Shown: positions 19,862 to 30,274, numbered from the stretch's first letter. The stretch is DNA of 64,000 nucleotides from an uncultured bacterium (GCA_963729625.1 CAVSOU010000011.1:878534-942533); one strand, 5' to 3'. Numbers and translations are program-made. The notes: generated by a model not told the origin, from the sequence alone.

Positions 19862-21292
19862 TCAGCCGCGATCGCCGTACAGCGCGTTGCGGATGGCCGC
19901 GATGTCCTTCCGCACCTGGATATTCTCGTTCTTGACCTCGGCCGCGATGCGGTCGCAACCATGTGTTACCGTGCTGTGGTCGCGATTACCAAGGTACTCG
20001 CCGATCCGCGGCAGGGAGCAGCGTGCCTCCTCGCGCATCAGGTACATCGCCACCTGTCGCGGCAGGGAGATGCTCCGCTCGCGTGAAGGCCCAAGCAGGT
20101 TATCGCGTGTCACCATGTAGTGCTTCAGCACCGCGTCGACGACGTCATCGACCGACGGAGCGGCCCGGCGAGCGCCCACGGCGTTGGCTTCCAGCTCGGC
20201 GACTGCCAGTTCCATGGTTACGGCTTTGTTCTGCACTCTTGCCGTCATGATCAGGCGCTTGAGCGCGCCTTCGAGCTCGCGCACATTGGTATCGACACGC
20301 CTGGCAACGTACGAGATGACCTCGCGCGGCACCGGAACGGGCTGTAATTGTGCCTTGGCGCGCAGAATGGCGATGCGGTGCTCGAGATCCGGCGCCTGGA
20401 TATCGGCGATCAGGCCCCATTCAAAGCGAGATCGCAGCCGATCCTCGAGCGTCGTCATGGCCTTGGGGTGTCTGTCGCTCGTCATCACGATCTGCTTCTG
20501 CGTGTCGTGCAGCGCGTTGAACGTGTGGAAGAACTCCTCCTGCGTGCTTTCCTTCCCGGCGATAAAGTGAATATCGTCGATCAGCAGGATGTCCACGCGC
20601 CGGTAGTAATCGCGAAACTCCTCGGTTCGCGTTCTCCGGATGGCGCCGATCATATCGTTCATGAAGTTTTCCGACGAAGTCAGCAGCACGCGGCTACCGG
20701 GACGCTGGCGCAGCGCCTCATGCCCGATAGCGTGCAGCAGGTGCGTCTTCCCAAGGCCGACGCTTCCCCAGATGAACAGCGGATTGCAGTCGGCGGCCGG
20801 GTTATCGGCAACGCTTCGGCACGCGGCATGTGCAAGTTGGTTCCCGCTCCCCGCGATGAAGGTGTCGAACACGTAGCGCGAATTCAGGGGCAGCCCCGCG
20901 TTCACCGGATCCGGCGAGGCCGGCTCCTGTGCCCAGCGCGCCGTGCGGCGGTCGGAAGTAGCTGCTCGCGATGGGCCGCGTCCAGTTGCTCGCAACCGGT
21001 ACCCGCTACTCTCGGATGTGTCGGCTGGTAGCGACGCAACCGCGTACCGCACCCGAATATGGTCGCAGCCAAGCGTGTGTAGAGCCGTGCCGATCAGGGC
21101 TGGAACCTTCTTCTCCAGGTACTCCTGGTGGAACGGGTCGGGAACGCCGATGGTCAGCACCGAGCCGTCGAAGTCCAGGCAGTGTGTGTCGCGCAGCCAC
21201 GTCGAGTAGCTTGGCTGGGGCATGGTGCTTTGCAGCTCGGCCAGGGTCCGTTGCCAGATGCGTGTGCCATCCTGTACAGGGAGGTCTCTCAT
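19862..21292 (-). CDS. dnaA: Chromosomal replication initiator DnaA
   Basis: Domain I W...L...YSTWL, Walker A GSVGLGKTH, Walker B LLIDDI, QEEFFHTFN, RLRSRF, NVRELEGA, domain IV RQVAMYL and RDHSTV. Confidence 0.96.
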   Translation of the reverse strand: MRDLPVQDGTRIWQRTLAELQSTMPQPSYSTWLRDTHCLDFDGSVLTIGVPDPFHQEYLEKKVPALIGTALHTLGCDHIRVRYAVASLPADTSESSGYRLRATGRGPSRAATSDRRTARWAQEPASPDPVNAGLPLNSRYVFDTFIAGSGNQLAHAACRSVADNPAADCNPLFIWGSVGLGKTHLLHAIGHEALRQRPGSRVLLTSSENFMNDMIGAIRRTRTEEFRDYYRRVDILLIDDIHFIAGKESTQEEFFHTFNALHDTQKQIVMTSDRHPKAMTTLEDRLRSRFEWGLIADIQAPDLEHRIAILRAKAQLQPVPVPREVISYVARRVDTNVRELEGALKRLIMTARVQNKAVTMELAVAELEANAVGARRAAPSVDDVVDAVLKHYMVTRDNLLGPSRERSISLPRQVAMYLMREEARCSLPRIGEYLGNRDHSTVTHGCDRIAAEVKNENIQVRKDIAAIRNALYGDRG

Positions 21293-21769
21293 GACCCTGC
21301 GCTCGGGGACTGCCGGAGCGTGAGCGCACGGATGCTCGCCGGCGGCGAGCCGGTCGGTCTTGTCGTTTCCATGCGTGTATTTTGTCATGGCCTGTGGATG
21401 TGCGCAACAGCCAATGTTCAGTCAACCGCTGTTTCTCATCGATACAGGTCGTCACACATGGCGGATATGGCAGGGAGTTTGCACAGGCAGTGACTGCCGC
21501 GGCGACGACATCGAGCGGACACTGACACGCAGTGGCAGGACCAGCTTTCCTGGCGGGGATATGACGACGTTAGCTCGATCTTTCGGCAAGGCCACGCCTG
21601 CCTCCACGCAGATCACTGATGTGGACTCACTGAACGTTCGGTCAACAGTCCCTCTTACGTGGCGCGATGGTGTGGTCGAGCTTCACTGGTCCAATTCGCA
21701 CGTAAAGGCTTGAACCAACCGGGTGGCGTGTTCCTTAGCAGCCGGCCTCCAATATGCTAGGGTGGCGTA

Positions 21770-21976
21770 GTGAAGGAAATCACCAAGGCTGAGTTGATCA
21801 AAATCCTCCGGCAGCACGGAGCTGTGAAAGTGCGGGAATCCGGCAACCACGAAATCTGGCGTGTGGGCGCGTGCCAGACCGCGATACCGAAACATCGCAC
21901 AATCGCGCCAGACACCGTTCGCAGCATCCGTGATCACCTGGCACCTTGCCTGGGAGAGAGGTGGCTGGACGTATGA
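21770..21976 (+). CDS. hicA: HicA family toxin (mRNA interferase)
   Basis: 68 aa; LIKIL..HG....RESGNHEIW.....IPKH..I...TVRSI with the catalytic His. Confidence 0.85.
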   Translation: MKEITKAELIKILRQHGAVKVRESGNHEIWRVGACQTAIPKHRTIAPDTVRSIRDHLAPCLGERWLDV

Positions 21977-22255
21977 GCGAGCACGTGGTGTATCGGGCGA
22001 CGGTTGCTCGAGAGCCCGGCTGGTGGATAATCACCGTTCCGGAACTGAATCACGTGACGCAGGCACGGCGGCTGCGCGAACTTCAGCGCATGGCTACAGA
22101 TGCCGTAGCAGTGTGGCTCGGACGTCGTTCCTGCGACAACAAGCGTGCAAGTTGAAGATGTCGCGGCTCCAGCGGCGAAAGTCCAGCAGACGGCACATGC
22201 AAAGCAGTGGCCGTATCTCAAGCCAGCGAGGGACAGGCACATGCTAATCGTCTAG
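21973..22255 (+). CDS. hicB: HicB-like antitoxin (apparent frameshift near 22120)
   Basis: ATGA overlap with hicA. YRATVAREPGWWIITVPEL..VTQARRL.E...MATDAVAVWL, continuing in a shifted frame as DVVPATTSVQVE to TAG 22255. Confidence 0.75.
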
Positions 22256-22468
22256 CACGGTACGACGGCGCAACGGCCCACGCCGGACTGAAGATGGTGC
22301 GGAACTGCCCACCTGGCCGGCAGCTCGCGGGGGCGCGCAGCGCAGCTATATAGGCAGAAGCGGGTCGCCGCATGCCAATGGGCTGAATGAAAATGAGCCC
22401 ACTGCCGGCTGCCGAAGTCGATTACTCCGATTCCAGAGGTCGTGAGCGTCGGCGTCGGCGCCGTGGTA

Positions 22469-23413
22469 TCACGTCCACGAGAGGTCGCGGGCCGCGAGCA
22501 CGCCGAGGAGGGACGTGGCTTCGCATACCGCGCGACGAATGGCTTGCGCGACGACCTCGACCGCGATCACCGCCAGCGCGTCGAGATGAGCCGAGACTTC
22601 CCCGGTCGACAGCGCGAAGACCACGTCGCCGTCGTAGCTGGTGTGCACTGGACTGATTGCCAGTGCCAATCCGTCGTGCGACTGTTGCGCGAGGCGGGTG
22701 AGCGCCAGCTTGTCGAGCCGGGCGTTGGTGACGACGGCGACCAGGGTCGTGTTCCCAGGCGCCGGCGCGATGCCGGCTGCGGCGCGCAGCAGAAGGCGGC
22801 TGTTGGCGAATCCGGTATCCGCGCGCGTGCCGGCGATGATCGTGCCGTCGCGCTCAACCACGTCTCCCAGGGCGTTGACGACGGCCAGCGCACCGACGCT
22901 CACGCCGGAGATGGGATCCGAGACCGCAAGCCCTAGCCCACCCTTCGTGCGAGCCGTGGGACCCCCCATGCGACCAACCGTGGCGCCACAACCGGCCCCA
23001 ACAGATCCTTCGCTGCACTCATGCTCGGTCGCGGCGAGGCATGCCGCGTACCCGGACTCAGCGCCGGGGAATACATCCGGCGATCCGAGATCGAGGTCAA
23101 ATAGCACGGCGGCGGGCACTATCGGCACCCGCGCGACAGGCGTGGCGAAACCAATGCCGCGCTCGCGCAGATAGCGCATCACGCCGCCGGCCGCATCGAG
23201 TCCAAATGCGCTCCCACCCGTGAGCAGTAGCGCGTGGATCGCCTGCACTGTCGCCGACGGCGCCAACAGGTCGGTCTCGCGCGTGCCGGGTGCGCCACCC
23301 CCGACATGGACGCCCGCACACATCTCGCCGGCCAGGGGAAGCAGCACTGTGCAGCCGGTGCCGGTCTCCAGATCGTGCCAGTGACCGATGCGAATCCCTG
23401 GTAGCGTGCTCAT
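22469..23413 (-). CDS. Peptidase S58 (DmpA/P1 family)
   Basis: GIRIGH, TGCTV, GGAPGTRETDLL, GGSAFGL, GSVGAGCGA, VNALGD, NTT autoproteolysis site, DGD. Translationally coupled to panC. Confidence 0.92.
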   Translation of the reverse strand: MSTLPGIRIGHWHDLETGTGCTVLLPLAGEMCAGVHVGGGAPGTRETDLLAPSATVQAIHALLLTGGSAFGLDAAGGVMRYLRERGIGFATPVARVPIVPAAVLFDLDLGSPDVFPGAESGYAACLAATEHECSEGSVGAGCGATVGRMGGPTARTKGGLGLAVSDPISGVSVGALAVVNALGDVVERDGTIIAGTRADTGFANSRLLLRAAAGIAPAPGNTTLVAVVTNARLDKLALTRLAQQSHDGLALAISPVHTSYDGDVVFALSTGEVSAHLDALAVIAVEVVAQAIRRAVCEATSLLGVLAARDLSWT

Positions 23414-24270
23414 GGCTCGATGCTCCCGTCCAGGGAAAGGTTGTCTATCAACCGCGTGCGTCCCAGGTGCGCCGCGATGACAAGCAACGAGTCCGGTCGC
23501 GCTACAGCAGGCGTTTCCCACGATGTGCCGTCCACAACCTCCGCGTAGTCGAGCCGGGCCAGCGGCTCGGCATCGACGACCTGCCGCATCACCCTGCACA
23601 AGAGACCAACGTCGAGGGTGCCGGAGTGGAAGGCTGTGCGAGCGGAAGTCAACGCCCGATAGAGCACCGGAGCAGCGCGCCGTTCAGGGGAAGAAAGGTA
23701 GCGATTCCGCGAGCTCATTGCCAGACCATCGCCCTCTCGCACGGTTTCACCCGCCACCACTTCCACTCCCAGGTTGAGATCGACGACGAGCTGCCGAATC
23801 ACGGCCACCTGTTGCGCGTCTTTCTGTCCGAAATAGGCGCGGGTCGGGCGCGCGAGATTGAGCAGCTTGGTCACGACCGTCGCCACTCCGGAGAAATGCC
23901 CGGGACGCTGCGCGCCTTCGAGGATCGTGGCTAACCGCCCGACGTCGATGCGGGTAGCGAACCCCGCGGGGTAAACTTCCTCCACGGCAGGCATGAACAC
24001 CACATCCACACCTGCGGATCCGAGTACGTCGAGGTCCTGCGCCGGACTGCGTGGATAGCGCCCGAAATCTTCTGACGGACCAAACTGTGTGGGGTTCACG
24101 AAGATGCTGGTCACAACCAGGTGATTCTCCCGGCGGGCCCGCCGCACGTGCGAGAGATGTCCGTCGTGCAGCGCTCCCATGGTAGGAACCAGCCCGATAG
24201 TCGACTGTGCTTTCCAGTACGGGGCTAGCGTCTGCTGGAGATCGGCGACGGTCGTGCGGGTCTGCGTCAT
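23410..24270 (-). CDS. panC: Pantoate--beta-alanine ligase
   Basis: VPTMGALHDGH, SIFVNPTQFG, RPGHFSGV, FGQKDAQQ, DGLAMSSRN, TRLIDN. Confidence 0.97.
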   Translation of the reverse strand: MTQTRTTVADLQQTLAPYWKAQSTIGLVPTMGALHDGHLSHVRRARRENHLVVTSIFVNPTQFGPSEDFGRYPRSPAQDLDVLGSAGVDVVFMPAVEEVYPAGFATRIDVGRLATILEGAQRPGHFSGVATVVTKLLNLARPTRAYFGQKDAQQVAVIRQLVVDLNLGVEVVAGETVREGDGLAMSSRNRYLSSPERRAAPVLYRALTSARTAFHSGTLDVGLLCRVMRQVVDAEPLARLDYAEVVDGTSWETPAVARPDSLLVIAAHLGRTRLIDNLSLDGSIEP

Positions 24271-24527
24271 GTGTAGTGCCTCCAATCACATATCAATCAT
24301 AGGACCCGCGGCGCTGTCCCGGTGATGGTCAGCCCATCGTGGAGATGTTCCAGCTTCGCGCGCGCCCGCCACGCCCTGATGTCCTCGTCTAGCTCCGCAC
24401 TTGACCGGCGATCGCTGCGGGACGTACTATCGGGCGCAATGGCGATGCGCGAGCGTCGGGCTTCGACCGCACAAAACAAGCCCGCTCATGAAAGCGCCGG
24501 CGGGCAAGCTGCTAAGGAAGCGGGACC

Positions 24528-25379
24528 TTGAAGGAGAAACTTACTGCAGTCGGCATGCGTGCTGCCAAAGAACGTGGGCGCAAATTGACCATGGTGACGG
24601 CCTACGATCAGCCGTCAGCCGTGCTCGTCGACCGATCCCCGATCGACATACTCCTGGTCGGCGACTCGTTGGCCAACAACGTCCTCGGCTACGAGGGGAC
24701 TGCACCGGTCACCATGGAGGAAATGCTCCACCACCTGCGCGCGGTCGTACGTGGGGTCTCGCACACCATGGTGGTGGGCGACATGCCGTTCGGCAGCTAC
24801 CACGTGTCGCCTCAGAAAGCCATCGCCAATGCGATCCGCTTCATGAAGGCGGGTGCGGATTGCGTGAAGCTCGAAGGTGGCGCAGCCTTATCCGAAACCG
24901 TCCGCGGCCTGGTGCATGCGGGCATCCCAGTGATGGGCCATGTCGGGTTAACTCCCCAGACGCTGCCGCCGAGCGCCTGGCGCGTGCAGGGGAAGGACGT
25001 CGAGTCGGCGCGCCAGATTCTCGATGACGCTCGGGCGCTGGAACGGGCAGGTGTCTGCTCCATGGTGGTCGAAGCCGTGCCGGCGGCACTTGCCGCGCAC
25101 ATGACCAGGAATCTCTCGGTGCCCACGATCGGTATCGGCGCAGGGCCGCACTGCGACGGCCAGGTGCTTATCTGGCACGATCTGCTTGGCCTGCACGAGT
25201 TCTCCCCACGACACAACAAGCAGTACGCCAATCTTTTCGTCACGATCGGCGATGCGCTCGACACCTACCATCGCGAGGTGAGCAGTGGCATGTTCCCTGC
25301 CGCCGAGCACAGCTACACCATGAAGGATTCCATCCTGGAAGCAGCTATCCGTCAGGAGGACGAGAGGCTACAGGAGTAG
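24528..25379 (+). CDS. panB: 3-methyl-2-oxobutanoate hydroxymethyltransferase
   Basis: TAYD, LVGDS, DMPFGSY, VKLEGG, GHVGLTPQ, IGIGAG, DGQVL. Confidence 0.97.
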   Translation: MKEKLTAVGMRAAKERGRKLTMVTAYDQPSAVLVDRSPIDILLVGDSLANNVLGYEGTAPVTMEEMLHHLRAVVRGVSHTMVVGDMPFGSYHVSPQKAIANAIRFMKAGADCVKLEGGAALSETVRGLVHAGIPVMGHVGLTPQTLPPSAWRVQGKDVESARQILDDARALERAGVCSMVVEAVPAALAAHMTRNLSVPTIGIGAGPHCDGQVLIWHDLLGLHEFSPRHNKQYANLFVTIGDALDTYHREVSSGMFPAAEHSYTMKDSILEAAIRQEDERLQE

Positions 25380-25382
25380 TAG

Positions 25383-26087
25383 TCACGCCATCACGGAGGC
25401 GTGATTGATCGCGTCGGCCAGGACCGAATAGGGTACTTCACCCGAGCTGGCATAGCGAATGACACCTTCCACGTCCACGACATAGATCGTGGGGTAACTG
25501 AAGGCGGCCATGGCGTTCGTGTTCGAGAACGACGGATCGATAAGGATCGGGTTCTTGACATTGAACTGTGCTGCAAACGCCGTAACATCCGCCGCCCCTG
25601 CCGGCGCTGTATCGCCAGTGCTTTCGTAGTTCTGCCGGTAAGGATTTGCCAGCACCATGGCGAACTTCACGCCTTTTGGCGCGAAGTCGGCGTACAGCTG
25701 AGCGATCGTCGACGCCTCATTCTGGCAGTGCGGACACCAGAGCGCGAAGTACTCGAGCAGCACGACTGACCCCCGCATCCCCGAAAGGGTATAGTGCTTC
25801 CCATCAACCGTCGCGAGATTGAAGTCCGGTGCTTTGGTGCCGACCGCCAGCAGCGGCGCCTGTGAGGATCGCAATGCGCTTGGGGTAGTGATTCCCGGCG
25901 TGCCGCCCTTTGTGTTCGTGCTTGTACTGCCGCCCTGAACGATCAGAACGACCATCGCGACGATTGCCACCACCACGACGCCGATAGCGCCGAGCAAGAC
26001 CCGCAATCGCAATTGCTGCTGTTTCGCGCGGACTGTCGCGCTCCGGCTAACGCCGGCGCGGCGTGGAGATGGTGTCTGCGGCTGCAT
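25383..26087 (-). CDS. Membrane-anchored TlpA/redoxin family thiol-disulfide oxidoreductase
   Basis: N-terminal TM helix; APDFNL, WCPHC, cis-Pro YPT, GVIR. Confidence 0.88.
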   Translation of the reverse strand: MQPQTPSPRRAGVSRSATVRAKQQQLRLRVLLGAIGVVVVAIVAMVVLIVQGGSTSTNTKGGTPGITTPSALRSSQAPLLAVGTKAPDFNLATVDGKHYTLSGMRGSVVLLEYFALWCPHCQNEASTIAQLYADFAPKGVKFAMVLANPYRQNYESTGDTAPAGAADVTAFAAQFNVKNPILIDPSFSNTNAMAAFSYPTIYVVDVEGVIRYASSGEVPYSVLADAINHASVMA

Positions 26088-26460
26088 TGTCGATCAATCC
26101 TTTTGAACGCGGTCGATGGCTGAGGCGACGGCGCGCCTTGATCGTACCACACCATTCCTGTCCCATCAGCACGCATGGCCGGGGCGGTCGGCCGTCGCTT
26201 TGATCCACCATCGGCGCCTGCTCTGGAATTTCTGTGTAACTTGTGCACCATGCCCGCTATGAGTGGCGCGAAAACGCGGCTACACTTTCCTAGAGTGAAT
26301 CAGCTCCGGCTGGACGGTCATGACCGAACAGGGTATAGACCGTGGGGACCGTGGCGCGTATGCTCGCCATGCACCATATGCACCATTCACGTCCTGCCAT
26401 CCAGGCCGCCCATGAATGCACGGGGACTCGAGAGAGCGACAGAGAATCGGGAAGACGACG

Positions 26461-29400
26461 TTGATCGAGCAGCGCGAGACCTCCTACCTGACCACTGGTG
26501 AGGCGGCGAAGTTCATTGGCGTTTCGCGTCACACGCTGCTCCGTGCGGTGCACCGCGGAGAGATCCGCCCGGCAATGAAGACGCCTGGCGGAAGACTTCG
26601 CTTCCGGATCGACGATATCGAAGCACTCGTCGATTCGTTGACTCCGACTCCGGACCTCGAGCAAATCGCGGAATCGGTGCTTCTCGATCGAACCCCGAGC
26701 CCCTACGATGCGTACGTCGAAGCGTTCTTCCAGGTACCCGCGCCAATCGCGCTGCTCGCGCAGGACGGTATGTGGCTGCTCGTCAACCCCGCATTCTGCG
26801 CCATGCTCGGCTACACCCAGGACGAGTTACTGACGATGGGACCGATCAGCGTGGCCCATCAGGAAGACTTGGGAAACTCGCTCGAAGCGCAGCAGGCTCT
26901 GCTGGCGGCCACGTGCCTCACCGCCAATTTTCAGAAGCGGTACCGGCACAGGAACGGCCACTATGTATGGTTCGACGTGACCGCGTCGCTTGTCTCCGAC
27001 GCGCAGGGCAGGCCGCTCTACTTCGTCAATCAAATGCAGGACATCACCGAGCAGAAACTGGCCGATGAAGCCCGGAGAGCCGGGGAGGAGTTGCTTCGGT
27101 CCGTCGTAACCCACGCGCCGCTCGCGCTGGTAGCCATCGATATGCTTGGCACTATCACTCTCGCCGAGGGGAATGCGCTCCAGGGCCTTGGCCTCGATCC
27201 GCTCGATCTCGTCGGCCGTTCGCTGATCGAAGCCTTTCCGGAGGAGCCCGAAATGGTCGCCCTGGCACGGCGGGCGACGGCCGGCGAAAGCGTCTCCGGC
27301 GTGCTTGCGCTCGGCGGTGCTGTTATCGACAGCCGCTGGACACCACTGTACGATGCTGAGCGCAGGATAGCCGGCGCCATCAGCATCGGCACCGACATAT
27401 CAGTGCAGAAGCTGGCCGAAAAGGAGCTCATCGAGCGAGAGGCACGCTTCCGCGCGCTCACGGAGAACGCCGGAGACCTGATCTGTGTCTGGGACATATC
27501 CGGCGCAGTGGAATACGAAAGCTCATCCTATGCACGACTGCTTGGCCGACCTCTAGCTGCGTGTGCTGGCGAAGGAGGCTTTGACGCATTCCATCCAGAT
27601 GATCGCGAGAAGGTCCGGATGGCACTCCAGCGCATGGTCGTCGATTCCGTGCAGCAGACCCGCATCGAGTTCCGGCACGCCGGGGCGGACGGCTCCTGGC
27701 ATACGCTGGACTCGGTCATCGTGAATCGTCTGGGGGACCCTGCCGTACGGGGTATCGTCGCCACGAGCCGGGACATCAGCGAGCAAAAGGCTATCATGGC
27801 CGCGCTTGCCTCGAGTGAGAACCGGGCGCGCTTGCTGATTGAAAATGCGCCGATCGGTGCATGCATCATCGACCATGCGGGCAATTTCGAGATCGTCAAT
27901 GCTGCCTATGCCGACATCTACGGATTCTTGCCCGAACAGTTGCTTGGCAGGCATGTCGAGATGGTCAAAGAGGAAGTGCTGGAGCGCCAGGTGACCAGCG
28001 TCCGCCGGGAGAGCGAGCTGGCAGCGGATGGCATCGCCACGACCGTTGAATACGAGCTCGTCGACCGGCGCCATCATTTCCGCATGGTATCTGCTACCAC
28101 CTTCAAAGTGCTCGGACGGGATGGGCGTCCGCGGCAGGTGTCATTCGTGGTCGACGTGACCGATCAGAAGAAGCACGAGCAGCGGCTGGCCTATGCGGCA
28201 AACCACGATACGCTCACCGGGCTGCCCAATCGCGCGCTCTTCGACGATCGACTTGAGCATGCTCTCCAGATGGCGGCACGCGATCGCTTGACGCTTGCCG
28301 TCTTCCAGATTGACCTCGATCGCTTCAAGCAGATCAACGATCGCCAAGGTCACCATGCGGGAGACGAGGTCCTGAAGGCCGTCGCCCAGCGTGTCAGCGG
28401 CGTGCTCCGTGTCTCGGATACTGTTGCCCGCCTGGGTGGGGATGAGTTTGCCGTTATCCTTCCGCATTCAGACGAAGCCGGCGCGCTGCAGGTGGCCCGC
28501 AAGGTTCGCAGTGCTGTCAAGATGCCTATCCAGGTCGGCGGAACGTCTGTCTCGATCGACGCCTCCATCGGCATCTCGCTCTATCCGGAACATGCCACGG
28601 ACAGCACGACGCTCATGCGCTATGCCGACCAGGCCATGTATGTAGCAAAAGCTCGAGGTGATGGCGCTGTGGTCCACAGCGCCGCCGGAAAGCGGAACGG
28701 CGGCCTTCGCTCGCTCGCCTCCGACCAGCGCGATGCAATCAAGAGCGGGCAGATGCGGCTGTGGTATCAGCCGATAGTCGACTGGCGCTCGGACAGCACC
28801 ACGCGTGTCGAGGCCCTCGTGCGCTGGCAGCATCCCACGTTGGGTATCCTGGAATCGGCCGATTTCGTGCCGGTCGCCGAACAGGTCAGAGCAATCGACG
28901 CCCTGACTGTCTGGATCCTGGAGCAGATACTCCGGCAGGTCAGCCACTGGCGCAGGACAGGGGTGAATCTCGACGTATCTGTCAATGTCTCGCTGGATGT
29001 GCTGCTCGATCCTCACTTCCCCGACCTGATTACCGCCCTGCTGCGACAGTACGCCGTTGAGCCTGGTCGCCTGATCCTTGAAGTCGACGAAGCATCGCTA
29101 CTTCGGGGAGCGAACTCCGCCATTCTGGCCATTCATCGTCTAGCCACGCTTGGCGTGCGCATTGCCCTTGACGGCGTCGGCGTGGAGCATACGTCCTTCG
29201 ACCTTGTCAGCAGGTTGCCGCTTGGCGAGATCAAGGTCGACAAATCGATCATCCGGCAGCTCTACGCAACCCATGGTCCGGCCCTTGTCGGCGCTATTCT
29301 GGGGCTGAGTAGAGGGCTCGGACTCCGGATCGTTGCCGAGGGCGTCGAGGACCGCGGACTATGGGAGCGATTGCGCTCCATGGGCTTCGATCTCATGCAG

Positions 29401-29490
29401 GGCTGTTACCTCTGCCGGCCGCTGCCGCCGGAAGAGCTTGCCGCGTGGATAGCGTCCAGCCGCCGCGACCTGGTCGAGCCGGCAAGCTAG
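26461..29490 (+). CDS. Excisionase-type HTH + four PAS + GGDEF + EAL protein
   Basis: LTTGEAAKFIGVSRHTL...TPGGRLRF HTH. Four PAS/PAC units ending in DITE/DISV/DISE/DVTD. DTLTGLPNR, DLDRFK.IND..GH..GD, RVSD I-site, RLGGDEF. EAL domain with VEALVRW and AEGVE but a degenerate loop 6 (LDGVG). Confidence 0.92.
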   Translation: MIEQRETSYLTTGEAAKFIGVSRHTLLRAVHRGEIRPAMKTPGGRLRFRIDDIEALVDSLTPTPDLEQIAESVLLDRTPSPYDAYVEAFFQVPAPIALLAQDGMWLLVNPAFCAMLGYTQDELLTMGPISVAHQEDLGNSLEAQQALLAATCLTANFQKRYRHRNGHYVWFDVTASLVSDAQGRPLYFVNQMQDITEQKLADEARRAGEELLRSVVTHAPLALVAIDMLGTITLAEGNALQGLGLDPLDLVGRSLIEAFPEEPEMVALARRATAGESVSGVLALGGAVIDSRWTPLYDAERRIAGAISIGTDISVQKLAEKELIEREARFRALTENAGDLICVWDISGAVEYESSSYARLLGRPLAACAGEGGFDAFHPDDREKVRMALQRMVVDSVQQTRIEFRHAGADGSWHTLDSVIVNRLGDPAVRGIVATSRDISEQKAIMAALASSENRARLLIENAPIGACIIDHAGNFEIVNAAYADIYGFLPEQLLGRHVEMVKEEVLERQVTSVRRESELAADGIATTVEYELVDRRHHFRMVSATTFKVLGRDGRPRQVSFVVDVTDQKKHEQRLAYAANHDTLTGLPNRALFDDRLEHALQMAARDRLTLAVFQIDLDRFKQINDRQGHHAGDEVLKAVAQRVSGVLRVSDTVARLGGDEFAVILPHSDEAGALQVARKVRSAVKMPIQVGGTSVSIDASIGISLYPEHATDSTTLMRYADQAMYVAKARGDGAVVHSAAGKRNGGLRSLASDQRDAIKSGQMRLWYQPIVDWRSDSTTRVEALVRWQHPTLGILESADFVPVAEQVRAIDALTVWILEQILRQVSHWRRTGVNLDVSVNVSLDVLLDPHFPDLITALLRQYAVEPGRLILEVDEASLLRGANSAILAIHRLATLGVRIALDGVGVEHTSFDLVSRLPLGEIKVDKSIIRQLYATHGPALVGAILGLSRGLGLRIVAEGVEDRGLWERLRSMGFDLMQGCYLCRPLPPEELAAWIASSRRDLVEPAS

Positions 29491-29602
29491 CAGCCCGTCG
29501 CAACCGCGTTCGTCACGCGCCGCGAGCATCCAGCCGTTGCCACCATGAACAGCGCGTCTCCAGCCCGCGCGTTCAGGAGTGAGATGGCAGGCCTGAGCTG
29601 TG

Positions 29603-30274
29603 TCAGCTCAGGATGTTGACCGCCCGCGCGGCCACCAGGGCAACGGTGAGCAATGAAGCCAGCGCCTGCACCATCATCAGTAGCTTGGCGGCAACGGTCA
29701 GCGGCATCGTGTCGGTCGGACTGAAAGCGGTGGCGTTCGTAAACGACACATAGAGGTAGTCGACAAAGTGAGGCCGCCAGTGTGCCGCTGTCGTTGCCAT
29801 CGTCATTTGGGGGAACAAGAGATCGGGCGCCCGCTGAGAAGGCCGGTGCCGCGCAAGGGGGCCGCCGCGATCGATCTCCCAGTACCACAGGGCGAACACG
29901 AGAATATTGGTCAGCCAGACCTGTACGGAAGCAAGGAGAAGTGTCTGCCCGGTAATCGGGGCGCCATGAAAGGCAACACCTTTATGGAGGAGCGCCGCGA
30001 TCAGCAGCACCAGCGATCCGATGTTCGCCAGATTGATAAGCGCGATCAGGGAGATCGACACGACTCGCTGGATTCGGGCCTCAGTCCTGTGGCGGACGGG
30101 AGCCAGGGCCGTCAGGAGGGCAAGGAGTATCACTTCCAGGATCGGTGGAGTCCATTTATAGCCGACCGCAAGCGTATCGGGCAATGTGATGTACAGGAAT
30201 GCGGCCAAAATGATAGCCGATCGCGCCGGCCACAAGTTCTCGTGCTGGGGCATAACAGACGAATGCACGGCCAC
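29603..30274 (-). CDS. DUF1345 family membrane protein
   Basis: WLTNILVFALWYWEIDRGGP, DLLFPQ, WRPHFVDYLYVSFTNATAFSPTDTMPLT. Confidence 0.88.
   Translation of the reverse strand: MAVHSSVMPQHENLWPARSAIILAAFLYITLPDTLAVGYKWTPPILEVILLALLTALAPVRHRTEARIQRVVSISLIALINLANIGSLVLLIAALLHKGVAFHGAPITGQTLLLASVQVWLTNILVFALWYWEIDRGGPLARHRPSQRAPDLLFPQMTMATTAAHWRPHFVDYLYVSFTNATAFSPTDTMPLTVAAKLLMMVQALASLLTVALVAARAVNILS

Noticed and set aside
21293-21769. oriC upstream of dnaA
   Set aside because: No consensus DnaA-box cluster or AT-rich unwinding element visible.
24297-24479. 60-aa ORF between panC and panB
   Set aside because: No RBS or family signal; the region probably holds the divergent promoters.
28300-28450. 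Hypr-type (cGAMP-forming) GGDEF
   Set aside because: Keeps the Asp in GHHAGD, the canonical c-di-GMP specificity residue.
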